Assembly (NCBI GenBank): GCA_001780725.1
Contig: MFIM01000028.1
Span: 10,368-74,367 of the forward strand
Direction of reading: 5' to 3'
Length of the DNA stretch: 64,000 nucleotides
Source: Candidatus Giovannonibacteria bacterium RIFCSPLOWO2_02_FULL_45_28
GTDB lineage: Bacteria > Patescibacteriota > Minisyncoccia > UBA11713 > 2-01-FULL-45-33
How positions within the stretch are numbered: the stretch's first letter is position 1; every line of letters starts with the position of its first letter. A program made the translations under genes and the position numbers. Positions 8,736-18,363 of this stretch are shown in pieces. Under the pieces are notes generated by a model. That model ran no database searches. It saw only the letters and a list, made by a program, of their open reading frames with translations, and was not told where the DNA came from.

Positions 8736-9662
8736 GTGAAAATTAAGATTGGCAGGTTTGAGATTTATTCTCTGATGGACGGCTATTTTTGGCTGGATGG
8801 CGGAAGAATGTTCGCGGATCTGCCAAAGCTTAAATGGCAGACGATTTGCGTGCCGGATGATAACAACAGAATTCGGCTGGCCGCGAGATGCTATTTGATT
8901 AAGGGGCGCACGCTTACTCTTTTTGATACGGGCATGGGAAATCCGCCAGATCCAAAGTTCCCAAAATTTATGGGCGCTTCCTATTTGGATTTTTTTGGAA
9001 TTAATCAGAACGACGGCAACCTAATAATTAATCTAGAAAAAGCCGGTTTTGCCAAAGAAGACTTAAGATTTGTCACGCAAAGCCATTTACATCTTGATCA
9101 TTCTGGCTGGAACACATACACAAACGAAGAGAAAAAAATTGTGCCAGTTTTCCCAAACGCTGTTTATCTTATGGAGGATTGGGAGTGGCGGGCGGGAATG
9201 AACCCCCATCCTCGCCAGAAAGACAGTTATTTGAAAGAAAATTTTGTTCCGCTGGAAACCGCCGATTTGGACAACAAACTTAGATATTTGTGGAGGGTGA
9301 AGCACGATATAGACAAATGGGGGCGAACAAAAAACAAATTTCAACTGGAACCCGGCCTTACTTTTATAAGAACAGGCGGACACACCGATGGACATTGGGT
9401 GGCCCTAATTGAATCCGAAAACAAAAAAGCTTTTTTGGCCGGAGATTTGATTCCTACGCATAAGCATATAGTCCCGGGAAATTTAATGAGCTACGATTCA
9501 GATTTGAATAAAGTGTTTGGCGAAAAAATTAAATTTCTGACGAAGGCATGCCGCGAGAAGTGGCTGATTCTTTTTGACCACGACCCTGATTTTACAGGAG
9601 GTTATGTGGCCAAAAACCAAAAGGGACATTTTGAGTTTCACCCCTTTGAAGGAGGTGCGTAA
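8736..9662 (+). CDS. MBL-fold metallo-hydrolase
   Basis: An HxHxDH motif (SHLHLDHSGW) followed by downstream His/Asp ligands. Confidence 0.7.
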   Translation: MKIKIGRFEIYSLMDGYFWLDGGRMFADLPKLKWQTICVPDDNNRIRLAARCYLIKGRTLTLFDTGMGNPPDPKFPKFMGASYLDFFGINQNDGNLIINLEKAGFAKEDLRFVTQSHLHLDHSGWNTYTNEEKKIVPVFPNAVYLMEDWEWRAGMNPHPRQKDSYLKENFVPLETADLDNKLRYLWRVKHDIDKWGRTKNKFQLEPGLTFIRTGGHTDGHWVALIESENKKAFLAGDLIPTHKHIVPGNLMSYDSDLNKVFGEKIKFLTKACREKWLILFDHDPDFTGGYVAKNQKGHFEFHPFEGGA

Positions 9663-9844
9663 TGTTTTGGAGCAAATTGGCAAGTTTTTTGATGACCGTT
9701 GTTTGCTCAATGTCCTTTATGTATTTCCATGTTTTTTCGGTAGCGCGAAATTTTAGCCGCTGGTGGGAAATTGTTTTTCTCGGATTGGCGGTGGCTTCGG
9801 GTTTAGTTTTTCTTTGGATCCTTCAAGGAAAATTTGGGAACTAA
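9662..9844 (+). CDS. Small hydrophobic (two-TM) protein, translationally coupled
   Basis: A TAATG overlap with the upstream stop codon. The 60 aa product is hydrophobic. A terminator follows directly. Confidence 0.3.
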   Translation: MFWSKLASFLMTVVCSMSFMYFHVFSVARNFSRWWEIVFLGLAVASGLVFLWILQGKFGN

Positions 9845-9863
9845 GTTCCCAAGCGACGATCAT

Positions 9864-9892
9864 CGCCCCGATTGACTTTCGGGGCGTTTTTT
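9864..9892 (+). terminator. Rho-independent terminator
   Basis: CGCCCCG - attgacttt - CGGGGCG followed by TTTTTT. Confidence 0.6.
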
Positions 9893-9919
9893 CGCTAGGA
9901 TGCGGATAGAAAAGGAGAT

Positions 9920-11101
9920 GTGATGCAGTACAAAAAGGGGCTAAGGGGCTATATCGCCGGGCAGACGAGCATTTGCGAATTAAACGAGAAGACAAAACGG
10001 ATTACCTACAGAGGGCGTGATATTGAGACTCTTGCCGGAAAAGTTCCGTTTGAAGAGGTTGCCTACTTGCTATTGGGCTCCCGGCATGCGTCTTGGTTTG
10101 AACTTAATGAATTTAAAATTCGGGTGTGCACCTCTTTTTGTAGTTTCGGTTTGGGGAAGTGGGAGAAAGTTGCGGAAACACTCGCGGCTTTGCCGCCCGA
10201 AGCGCATTCCATGGAGCTTTTGAGGCATATAATTAACGCTTTCGCGATGTATGACGACAGGCGTAAGCCGCAAGATGAGGCGCATGACCGCGAGATTGCA
10301 ATAGATCTAGTAGGCCTTATGATTTATTTTGTCGCTTTGGTTCAAAGGCATAAAGAAGGCCTAAGCCCGTTGCTGATTATACCTTCCGACAAAGGATCGC
10401 TGGCGGCAAACATTTTTTATCTGCTTGGGAAAAAGCCTTCGCCGTTAGAAGTTGAGGTGATGGATGTGCTTTTTACACTGTACGCCGAGCACGAATTTAA
10501 CGGGAGCACCTTCGGTGGCGTGAGAATGGCGGCGACTTTGGATACGGATATTTATTCCGGAATGATTAATGGGGTCGGGAATCTCAAGGGTCTGCGCCAT
10601 GGAGGCGCGAATGAAGCCACATGGGGACTAATACAAAGCTTTGCGGATGTTGTGGACGTTGAAGACTATCTTTTAAAAAAAATCGGCGAGACTCTTGAGC
10701 AAAAAGCCGGTTGGAAAATGCCCGGATTCGGGCACGCGGTTTATAAAACCGGCGATGCCAGAGTGCCGATTATTAAAGATTACATATACAGGCTGTCTCG
10801 CGAAAAGAAAAATATGATCTACTTTGATATATGCTGTAAGATTGAACAAGCGATGCTGAAAGCTCACAGACTTTATCCGCTCAAAAAGTACCCGTCGTTT
10901 AGGTGGTGGTTTCCGAATATAGATTTTTGGGCGGCGCCGGTTTATTACTTGATGGGCATTCCTCATTATCTGAACACCCCGCTTTTTGCGGCATCGCGCA
11001 TCGCCGGATGGGCTGCCCATTGGATTGAGTGTAAATACGAACTCAAAGAAAAACTCATCCGCCCAAGAGCGAAGTATATAGGCCCAAAACCACAAACTTA
11101 G
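9920..11101 (+). CDS. prpC: Citrate synthase family protein, likely 2-methylcitrate synthase given its neighbours
   Basis: The citrate synthase signature GFGHAVYKTGDARVPIIKDY is present, plus the AEHEFNGSTF motif. It is followed by prpD and prpB homologues. An SD AAAGGAG precedes it; the start may be ATG 9923. Confidence 0.8.
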   Translation: MMQYKKGLRGYIAGQTSICELNEKTKRITYRGRDIETLAGKVPFEEVAYLLLGSRHASWFELNEFKIRVCTSFCSFGLGKWEKVAETLAALPPEAHSMELLRHIINAFAMYDDRRKPQDEAHDREIAIDLVGLMIYFVALVQRHKEGLSPLLIIPSDKGSLAANIFYLLGKKPSPLEVEVMDVLFTLYAEHEFNGSTFGGVRMAATLDTDIYSGMINGVGNLKGLRHGGANEATWGLIQSFADVVDVEDYLLKKIGETLEQKAGWKMPGFGHAVYKTGDARVPIIKDYIYRLSREKKNMIYFDICCKIEQAMLKAHRLYPLKKYPSFRWWFPNIDFWAAPVYYLMGIPHYLNTPLFAASRIAGWAAHWIECKYELKEKLIRPRAKYIGPKPQT

Positions 11102-11112
11102 TTTGGGGTTTT

Positions 11113-11361
11113 TTATTTATAGTGATTGTTAACGTCAATGATTTCTATTGTGTCTTTTTCTCGAAAAATAAAAATCGTCCGGTATTTGCGGTCAATTCGG
11201 AAACTCCAAATTCTAAGCGTCCGCGGTTCAAGAAGTTCTGTTTCCAAACTCGGATGAAACGGGTTGGATTCAAAAAATTGCTTTTGTTTTTCAAATTTAT
11301 TTTCAAGCTGTCGTTTACGCAAATATTCAACAAGGTCATAATGAAGCGGTAAAATTTTCAT
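11113..11361 (-). CDS. RelE/ParE-family type II toxin
   Basis: NPFHPSLETELLEPRTLRIWSFRIDRKYRTIFIFREKDTIEIIDVNNHY is a RelE/ParE core. Confidence 0.75.
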   Translation of the reverse strand: MKILPLHYDLVEYLRKRQLENKFEKQKQFFESNPFHPSLETELLEPRTLRIWSFRIDRKYRTIFIFREKDTIEIIDVNNHYK

Positions 11362-11364
11362 GAA

Positions 11365-11589
11365 CTAAGTTCTGAAATAGCTTGATCGCTTAAACCCTCT
11401 TTTTAAGCTTGCTAAAAATTTCTTGTTATATTTTTTTGTTGCTTCAAGGGAAAACATTATCTCTTTTATATTTTTTGTTGGCGGCGCGGCAAAAATGTTC
11501 TGCTCCATCAATTGGCGCAGATAATCATACCGAAGTCTTTTATCCACCAACTCTTCATATTCTTTTTTGGGTATGGTCACGGTTACCAT
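11365..11589 (-). CDS. Putative antitoxin
   Basis: A 74 aa ORF 3 nt upstream of the toxin. It shares the VTIPKKEYEE motif with the 1734..1991 ORF. Confidence 0.5.
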   Translation of the reverse strand: MVTVTIPKKEYEELVDKRLRYDYLRQLMEQNIFAAPPTKNIKEIMFSLEATKKYNKKFLASLKRGFKRSSYFRT

Positions 11590-11628
11590 AGTTAAATAAT
11601 AAGTTTATAAGGTCAATTTGTCACTATT

Positions 11629-11690
11629 GACAAGGATTTGAGGGTGTGACAAGCTTGAATCAGAAAAAGGGGGTAAATAACAATGTTTTG
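11629..11690. promoter_or_regulatory. Conserved TA-associated intergenic element, copy A
   Basis: Contains TGTCACTATTGACAAG, GGGTGTG, CTTGAATCAGAAAA and AAGGGGG. It aligns with 23859..23935. Confidence 0.5.
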
Positions 11691-11739
11691 TTTTGTGGTT
11701 TTTCTCGAATACGCCCGACGCACTTTTAGGAGAACTTAA
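11683..11739 (+). CDS. Tiny ORF (18 aa, MFCFVVFLEYARRTFRRT) behind a strong SD; speculative
   Basis: AAGGGGG, then 9 nt, then ATG. The peptide has a hydrophobic N-terminus and a basic tail. A terminator lies 70 nt downstream. Confidence 0.2.
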   Translation: MFCFVVFLEYARRTFRRT

Positions 11740-11808
11740 TTGCGGGGTGACAAAAACCCAAATTAAAGTAGAGAAAACCTATCTTATCACTGACTAGTTT
11801 GCACCAAA

Positions 11809-11838
11809 GCCGTCCGGAAATCCTGGCGGCGTTTTTTT
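11809..11838 (+). terminator. Rho-independent terminator ending a short plus-strand transcription unit
   Basis: GCCGTCCGG - aaat - CCTGGCGGC followed by GTTTTTTTA. Confidence 0.5.
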
Positions 11839-11893
11839 ATTTATTTGCCTTTCCTTCCGGTTTAGGTTAAAACGGACTTAGATTTGGAACGAT

Positions 11894-13276
11894 GTGATGG
11901 AATTAAATACAGCCAATTTGCTGGATTATCTGGCTGAATTTGCCTGCAATTTGAAATACGAAGATTTGCCGGAAGAGGTTGTGCGCGAAGCTAAAAGAAG
12001 AATTTTTGATTCTTTGGGGTGTTTGATTATGGGCGCGCGGCACGATGAAGCGGTGAAATTGGTGCGCCATGGGATGGCCGGAAAAGAGTGGCAGACGCAA
12101 CTTGTGAACGGCTTTGCCATCAGCATGGACGGCTCTTACTCTTTAGAAAACGCAGCTTATTTAAACACTCATAGTATCCGCGCCCTAGACTGGAATGACA
12201 CTTATTTGTCGCTGGAGCCCGCGCATCCGTCTGACAACATCGGCGCTATTTTGGCTTTGGCAGGAGTCTGTAGCGGGAAAGAATTGATCACGGCTTCGGT
12301 TTTGGCATACGATATTCAATGCAGATTTTGCGATGCGTTTTCTTTGCGGAAAGAAGGCTGGGATCATGTCGGATATCTTGAGATCTCTTCTGCTTTGGCG
12401 ACCGGGAAAATTATGAGGCTTGATTTCAAAAAAATGCGCCATGCCGCCTCGCTCGCATTGCGATTTTCGTTTTTGCGGCAGATAAGAGCCGGCAATTCGC
12501 TCTCCAACGCCAAAGGGCTTTCCGCCGCGGAGGCGGTTATGTTGGGCGTTCATTCTGTTTTGGAAGCAAGCTGGGGCGTGACAGGACCGGAAGAAATTTT
12601 AGAAGGCGAGTGCGGTTTTATAAAACAATGCGCCGGAGAACAAAAATTTGAAGTCGGCGCGTTTGAAAATTTGGGGTCTGATTTTAAACTTTTTACCACG
12701 CACATCAAATTTTTTCCGGTTGAATACCACGCGCAATCCGCCGTCTGGTCTGCGCTGGGACTCCGTGAAATGTTGGGAGGTGGCGCGGACACCGAAAAAA
12801 TAAAAGAGATTAAAATCATATCATCGGAAGCCGCAAAAAATATTATTGGCGGCGAGCAAAAAAAGGAAGTTAAAACGAAGGAGTCCGCCGATCATTCCAT
12901 TTTTTACATTACGGCTGTGGTTTTGGCGGACGGCGAGCTGACTTTAAAACAATACGATCCAATCCGGTTTTCTGATCCGAAAATCATTTCGCTGATGGAT
13001 TTGATGACGATTCAGGAGTCGCCGAATTATTCGCGAGCGTATTGTTTTAAAATGGCGCCCGAATTCGGCGTTACTCTGGTTTGCAGAATGAGGAACGGAG
13101 AGTTGTGCGTGTCCGGAGAGCATGTATATCCCAAGGGCCACTTCGCCAACCCCTTGAGCGATAAAAAGCTTAAAAACAAATTTGGAGAGCCGATGGACTG
13201 GTTGGACTTTGTCTGGAGCCTGGAAAAATTAAATGCAAAAGATCTCTATTGGATTTTGCGGGATCTAAAAGTATGA
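11894..13276 (+). CDS. prpD: MmgE/PrpD-family 2-methylcitrate dehydratase
   Basis: A 460 aa MmgE/PrpD-like protein sitting between the citrate-synthase-like and PrpB-like genes. Confidence 0.8.
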   Translation: MMELNTANLLDYLAEFACNLKYEDLPEEVVREAKRRIFDSLGCLIMGARHDEAVKLVRHGMAGKEWQTQLVNGFAISMDGSYSLENAAYLNTHSIRALDWNDTYLSLEPAHPSDNIGAILALAGVCSGKELITASVLAYDIQCRFCDAFSLRKEGWDHVGYLEISSALATGKIMRLDFKKMRHAASLALRFSFLRQIRAGNSLSNAKGLSAAEAVMLGVHSVLEASWGVTGPEEILEGECGFIKQCAGEQKFEVGAFENLGSDFKLFTTHIKFFPVEYHAQSAVWSALGLREMLGGGADTEKIKEIKIISSEAAKNIIGGEQKKEVKTKESADHSIFYITAVVLADGELTLKQYDPIRFSDPKIISLMDLMTIQESPNYSRAYCFKMAPEFGVTLVCRMRNGELCVSGEHVYPKGHFANPLSDKKLKNKFGEPMDWLDFVWSLEKLNAKDLYWILRDLKV

Positions 13277-14163
13277 ACCTTAAAGAATTAATTGGCGCAA
13301 AAAAGCACCTGGTTCTCGTGGGCGTTACAGAGCCGATAGAAGCTCTCATAGTGAAAGCCGCAGGATTCAAAGCGGCTTACATTTCCGGTGCGGCTCTTTC
13401 AACCAAATTGGGTTTTTTGGACGAGGGGCTGATCAGTTTGGAAAAAATGGTTCAGGTGGTGAGCGATATCATAAAAGCGTCCGATTTGCCTCTTTTGGTT
13501 GATTGCGATACCGGACTTTGGTCTTCCGATTCGGAGGACTTTCAAAAAAAAGAAAGCCCGGAGGCGCAGAAAGAAATGGCGCACGCCATGATGCATCTTC
13601 TTGCTGACGCCGGAGCGGACGCTGTTCAGATAGAAGATCAGGCTCCCGCAAAAAAGAGATGCGGGCATCTTTCGGGAAAAGAGCTGGTTTCAATGAACGA
13701 TATGTTTTGGAAAATCAAAATGCTGGCTTATTGGAGAAAAAACAGAGATCAAGTAATAGTTGCGCGCACAGACGCGCGGGCGGTGGAGGGATTGGACGGC
13801 GCAATTTTCCGTGCTCACCGCTACATAAACGCCGGAGCGGATGCTATTTTTCCGGAAGCGCTGGAATCTTTGGAAGAATTTAAAGAATTCCGCCGCCAAG
13901 TCCCGAAAGTCCCGCTTGTTGCAAACTCGGCCGAATGCGGCAGAACTCCTCCATTTAATGCCGATCAGCTTTTCAGCGCTGGCTACCGGATTGTTTTAAT
14001 CCCGGCGACGCCTTTTCGGATGATGCTCCGCACTTTTAGAGACGCTTTGCAAGAAATAAAAACTTTTGGCTCCCTGAATTTCGCTGTTGAAAACGACGAA
14101 TTGATTTCAAGAACCGAACTGAATAAATTTATAAAAAAACATTCAAAAGTTTATAAAAAATGA
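13273..14163 (+). CDS. prpB: PEP mutase/isocitrate lyase superfamily protein, likely 2-methylisocitrate lyase
   Basis: The start overlaps the prpD stop (ATGA). It carries the ICL/PEPM family catalytic motif (KRCGH, ...EDQ..KKRCGHL...). Confidence 0.8.
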   Translation: MNLKELIGAKKHLVLVGVTEPIEALIVKAAGFKAAYISGAALSTKLGFLDEGLISLEKMVQVVSDIIKASDLPLLVDCDTGLWSSDSEDFQKKESPEAQKEMAHAMMHLLADAGADAVQIEDQAPAKKRCGHLSGKELVSMNDMFWKIKMLAYWRKNRDQVIVARTDARAVEGLDGAIFRAHRYINAGADAIFPEALESLEEFKEFRRQVPKVPLVANSAECGRTPPFNADQLFSAGYRIVLIPATPFRMMLRTFRDALQEIKTFGSLNFAVENDELISRTELNKFIKKHSKVYKK

Positions 14164-14195
14164 CCCCCTTGCTATTTAAGCTAAGGGGGTTTTAT
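14164..14195 (+). terminator. Intrinsic terminator after prpB
   Basis: CCCCCTT - loop - AAGGGGG followed by TTTTATT. Confidence 0.45.
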
Positions 14196-14218
14196 TATGG
14201 GGTCAGAACGCTTGAGAA

Positions 14219-16279
14219 TTGCATATGCCTAAATCCTCGGATTTTACACCGACCCGCAAGATCTTTGTCCCGACAAAAGAAGAACACATCCGGATGTACA
14301 AGCTTTTACTCCTAACTTCTGTTTTGGGCAGGGAGCTTGACAGAAGAAAAGATGAATTTGAACCCATTAAAATTTTCACTGGCATCGGCCAAGAAGCTAT
14401 TTATGTAGGTTCGGTTTCAGCCGCGGAGAAATACGATTGGTTCGCGCCGGACCATCGCGCCATGGGCGTGCTTTTGGGCAGGGGACTTACGCCCAAAGAG
14501 ATCATCTGCCAGGACGGCGCTTTTGCGGAGTCAATATATAGCGGATATAATTTCGGCATTCACATAGGAAGCCCGGAGCACCACTTGATTCGCTTTGAGT
14601 CTGATATGGCGCTGAATGTCGCTGTGGGCACGGGACTTATTGACGCTGTTTACTACACCCGCGATATTATTGAAAAAAAATCTTCCGACGAAAATCCGGT
14701 ATTGCTCGCTTATTTGGGAGACGGCGCGTCCGCGCACGGCAACGCGCATTCCGCTTTTCTTTTTGCTTCAACTAGAAAGCTTCCCGCACTATTTTTTATA
14801 AATAACAACGGTTATGCCATAAAAACGCCGGTGGAATACCAGCGGGCGCTGGCACGATTGGGCAGAATCGCGGAAGGTTACGGTATGAAGTTTTTGGTTG
14901 TTGACGGAAACAATGTTTGGAATGTGTGGAACGCAACTAAAATGGCGCTTGATGATATCAGAAACGACGGCGGACCGTGGATAATAGAATGCTGCACTTT
15001 TCGGGTATCAGGGCATAATGCCCACGAAACTTCTGAGATGTCCAGTTATGTTCCAAGAGATCTTCGTCTGGAATGGTTAGGCGAAGATCCGCTTGAGCAC
15101 TATAGCTTGAAGCTCAAGCTAATGAGATTTTTGGATGATGAGAGCGAAAAAATTTTTAGGATAGAGGCGGAAGAAAAAATCGCAGAAGCTTTCAGTGCCA
15201 TGAAAGCCTTTTCTCCTCCTTCAAAACTTCATCCTGTTTTCGCCCCCAGAAACACTGCCATTTTAACCACGCCAAAGACCTCCGAGAGAATACTAACTTA
15301 TAGCGCAGCAATCAACGAAGCCTTACGGCAGGCAATGGAAATGGATCTCGCAGTAAGGATTTTTGGGGAAGATGTTGAAAATGGCGGAGTGCACGGTGTC
15401 ACCAAAAAGCTTAATAAGCAATTCGGCAAAGAAAGGATTTTTCATACTTCTCTGGATGAGAATGGAATTTTTACTTATGCGATTGGCATGGCGCTGGCCG
15501 GGCTCAAGCCTTCGCCGGAAGTTCAGTTTCTCCCGTTTTTAAAGTATGCTTTCGGACCAGTGTCGAATTATCTTGCGACGCATCACGCAGTTACCGGTCA
15601 GGGATTGTCGGTAGTTATGCGAGCTCCGGCAGGCGGCGGATTTATTTCAAACAACTGCCACCAAGAAATGATTGAAGCAATGCTGGCGCACGGCGGAGGC
15701 ATTAAGATTGTTTGCCCATCAACGCCTTATGCTGCAAAAGGTTTACTCATGGCATCGTTTCGTGATGGCAACCCGGTGCTTTTTGTAGAACAAATTTCTC
15801 ACTACGGCAAAAAGGGCGAAGTGCCAGAGGAGCCGTATGAAATACCGATTGGCGAAGCAAAAACATTGTTGGAAGGCAGAGACATTTCAATTATTACTTA
15901 CGGAGCGATGATGGTTGAGCGGACATTGAAAGCGGCGGAGGCGCTGGCCAAGGAAGGTATTTCTGCGGAAATTATTGACTTGCAGACGATCGTACCAATG
16001 GACAGAGAAGCTGTTTTGTGTTCCGTGACCAAAACCGAAAGAGCGCTTATAGTCCACGAAGCCAAAACCAAATTCGGAGTTGGCGCGGAAATCGCAAGCA
16101 TGATCGGCGCTTATGTCAGCGAAGTGAGGCGGGATATAAAAGAAATGTCCGATTTCTTTGTTGCAACAAAAGTTCTTGGCGCGAAAGACGGGCCGGTTAC
16201 GGCGCATCCAGCGTTGGAGGTCTTGCGCTTGCCGCAAGTCGAAGATATAGTAGCGGCAGCAAAGGAGATGGCGCGATGA
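14219..16279 (+). CDS. 2-oxoacid dehydrogenase E1 component, fused alpha-beta
   Basis: The N-terminal half carries the TPP motif (YLGDGASAHGNAHSAFLFAS...NNNGYAI). The C-terminal half is transketolase-like beta (FGEDV..GGVHGVT...). Confidence 0.85.
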   Translation: MHMPKSSDFTPTRKIFVPTKEEHIRMYKLLLLTSVLGRELDRRKDEFEPIKIFTGIGQEAIYVGSVSAAEKYDWFAPDHRAMGVLLGRGLTPKEIICQDGAFAESIYSGYNFGIHIGSPEHHLIRFESDMALNVAVGTGLIDAVYYTRDIIEKKSSDENPVLLAYLGDGASAHGNAHSAFLFASTRKLPALFFINNNGYAIKTPVEYQRALARLGRIAEGYGMKFLVVDGNNVWNVWNATKMALDDIRNDGGPWIIECCTFRVSGHNAHETSEMSSYVPRDLRLEWLGEDPLEHYSLKLKLMRFLDDESEKIFRIEAEEKIAEAFSAMKAFSPPSKLHPVFAPRNTAILTTPKTSERILTYSAAINEALRQAMEMDLAVRIFGEDVENGGVHGVTKKLNKQFGKERIFHTSLDENGIFTYAIGMALAGLKPSPEVQFLPFLKYAFGPVSNYLATHHAVTGQGLSVVMRAPAGGGFISNNCHQEMIEAMLAHGGGIKIVCPSTPYAAKGLLMASFRDGNPVLFVEQISHYGKKGEVPEEPYEIPIGEAKTLLEGRDISIITYGAMMVERTLKAAEALAKEGISAEIIDLQTIVPMDREAVLCSVTKTERALIVHEAKTKFGVGAEIASMIGAYVSEVRRDIKEMSDFFVATKVLGAKDGPVTAHPALEVLRLPQVEDIVAAAKEMAR

Positions 16280-16539
16280 GTCTCGTTGAAATTCATGTCA
16301 CCTTTCAGACCTTTGAAGAGGAGAAAACTGAAGCCAAATTCAAGGTTCTGGATATATTGGTTAGCGTTGGACAGTTTGTCAGAAAAGAAGATGGATTGGT
16401 TACGATTGAGACGGAAAAAGCTACGTTTGACTTTGAATCGCCGGTTGAAGGCTCAATAAAAGAAATCTTTTTAAAAGAAGATCCGGCGCAGGAATATTCC
16501 CACGGTACGTTGTTTTGCACAATCGAGGCTTCGCCATGA
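16276..16539 (+). CDS. Free-standing lipoyl-domain protein
   Basis: ATGA overlap with the E1 stop. It carries the lipoyl-lysine motif TIETEKATFDFESPVEGSIKEI. Confidence 0.7.
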   Translation: MSLVEIHVTFQTFEEEKTEAKFKVLDILVSVGQFVRKEDGLVTIETEKATFDFESPVEGSIKEIFLKEDPAQEYSHGTLFCTIEASP

Positions 16540-17204
16540 AAACGCAAAAGCCATCCTTGCTTAGGCAGGCTACGGCGAAATATTTGACGAAATCGCAGAG
16601 TATTCCTTTTACTCCGATTTGGACGAGCGCCGATGTATCCAAACTGCTTGAAATCCGCGCAGTTTCGCGCCACAAGTTCAGTGCGATGCTTCTTTATTTA
16701 CTTGCAGAATCTTTGCTTCGGATGCCGGAGATGAATATCGGTTGGGAAGAAAAAGAATCACAAATTATTTTGTACGACACTTTGAATCTCGGCATTTCGT
16801 TAAACACAAAAGACGACGATGTCGTGGTGGCACGGATTGCGGAATCGAATCGCAAAAACATCAGCCAACTCAATAGCGCAATCTCGGAACTAGAGGAAAA
16901 AGCGAAGACTACTGGCAAAATACTGGAAAAAGATATTTTCCCGTTACCAAACATTGTTCTTAATAACGCTGGAATGATGGACATAGAAGGAGGCGTGCCG
17001 ATACCGCTTCCGTGGAACGCGCTTATGGTGACAACGTTTACAGTTAAGCGGATGCCGGTTGCTGATCCACATAAGCCTTGGGCCATTGGCGTTCTGCCAA
17101 TGATGAACGTTGTTTTAACTTTCGATCACCGTCTTTTTGACGGCGCGAAAGCGGCGAAATTTCTCGCACTATTTAAACAAAGACTAGAAAACCCCCGTTT
17201 TTAA
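16536..17204 (+). CDS. 2-oxoacid dehydrogenase E2 acyltransferase catalytic domain only
   Basis: ATGA overlap with the lipoyl gene. The C-terminus reads LTFDHRLFDGAKAAKF (the DHRxxDG catalytic motif). Confidence 0.75.
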   Translation: MKTQKPSLLRQATAKYLTKSQSIPFTPIWTSADVSKLLEIRAVSRHKFSAMLLYLLAESLLRMPEMNIGWEEKESQIILYDTLNLGISLNTKDDDVVVARIAESNRKNISQLNSAISELEEKAKTTGKILEKDIFPLPNIVLNNAGMMDIEGGVPIPLPWNALMVTTFTVKRMPVADPHKPWAIGVLPMMNVVLTFDHRLFDGAKAAKFLALFKQRLENPRF

Positions 17205-17593
17205 CGAGGGTTTTTAATTTGGTTGAGTTCCGGGCTGTAAAAAAGGCTGCCGGACGGTTTGCCGCAATAAGGGCACGGCCATTTAACTTCGTACTGAAAA
17301 ACATGCTTTCCGGATAAGCTGCTTTGCAGCCACTTGATGTTATATTCCTCGTCAGGCAACATGGGCCCCAAAATGCGCACAACTTTTCCTTTAGGAAAAT
17401 AATTTTTATTATAGCGGTCGCAGTGATATTGTTCTCGCCATTTTATCAAATCGCCCAGGCGAAAACCCTTTTCTTCTACAGGCTTCGCCTCGCATTTCAA
17501 CGCGCTTCTTTTGTTTCTGTATCTCGTCTTGCATTTTTTGCACACATAAGTAAATCGCACTCTTCTTGGCAAAACTTCTCTGATAGTTTTCAC
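17201..17593 (-). CDS. Hypothetical zinc-ribbon protein
   Basis: Two CxxC pairs (CKKCK ... CPYCGK). There is no recognisable family match. Confidence 0.4.
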   Translation of the reverse strand: MKTIREVLPRRVRFTYVCKKCKTRYRNKRSALKCEAKPVEEKGFRLGDLIKWREQYHCDRYNKNYFPKGKVVRILGPMLPDEEYNIKWLQSSLSGKHVFQYEVKWPCPYCGKPSGSLFYSPELNQIKNPR

Positions 17594-18309
17594 AAAGGCA
17601 TCCTTTCGCTTCTGGGTTTATGGTATCGCGAAATCAGTTCTGTGGCAAGCTTGATTTTTATCTCGTCTTTTTCTGATTCGGAAAAACTTTTTACGTTTAA
17701 TTCTTCGGCCATAGAAGTTATGCGCACGTCCTTAAGACCGCAGGGAATCAGCGGCTCTAAATACTTTTCTTCCGGATCTAAAGAAACCGTCATGCCGTAT
17801 CTTGTAACGCCGCGCGAGATTTGGAGACCAACAGAGGCAATCTTTTTTTCTTTGCCGATATAAAGGCCGGGGTTATCTTTTCTGCGCCGAGTTTCTACGC
17901 CGTAAGTTTTCAAACATGCGGCGGCGGAATCTAAAAGCGCGTTCTCAAAGTTTGATATAGACATGTTTTTTATTTCAAAAATACAATAAACCGAAAGAAT
18001 GCCGGGGCCCTGATAGGTTACAAGTCCGCCGCGCCCGATTATTTCAATGGGCGCCGGAAGTTCCCAAATTTCTTTTTTAAAACAGCGCTGAATACCGGCT
18101 AGGTTTTTTGCCAGCGAAGCGCCAGCAGTGTAAACCGGCTCATGTTCAACAAAAATTAGCTGGTCATTTTCCTTGTTTTTGAAAACCTTTTCTGCCCAAT
18201 ATTCATCTTGTATTGCCACAGCTTTTTTAATTGGGAAATTTACGCCCCAGTCTTCAATTTGAAAATACATATGTAAAACGCGTCTCTTTTTTGAGCTTAA
18301 TCCCGCCAT
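17590..18309 (-). CDS. lipB: Lipoyl(octanoyl) transferase
   Basis: HEPVYTAG, RGGLVTYQGPG and KIASVG are LipB motifs. Confidence 0.8.
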   Translation of the reverse strand: MAGLSSKKRRVLHMYFQIEDWGVNFPIKKAVAIQDEYWAEKVFKNKENDQLIFVEHEPVYTAGASLAKNLAGIQRCFKKEIWELPAPIEIIGRGGLVTYQGPGILSVYCIFEIKNMSISNFENALLDSAAACLKTYGVETRRRKDNPGLYIGKEKKIASVGLQISRGVTRYGMTVSLDPEEKYLEPLIPCGLKDVRITSMAEELNVKSFSESEKDEIKIKLATELISRYHKPRSERMPL

Positions 18310-18363
18310 TGAATTTTTGCAATCACGGCGCTATAGTTTTGGCAGATTGAAAGGCTGGAAAAT

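Noticed and set aside
16018-16275. Longer 173 aa version of the lipoyl-domain ORF starting at 16018.
   Set aside because: The upstream part overlaps the E1 gene in another frame. An ATG at 16276 with an ATGA stop/start overlap gives a canonical ~87 aa lipoyl domain.
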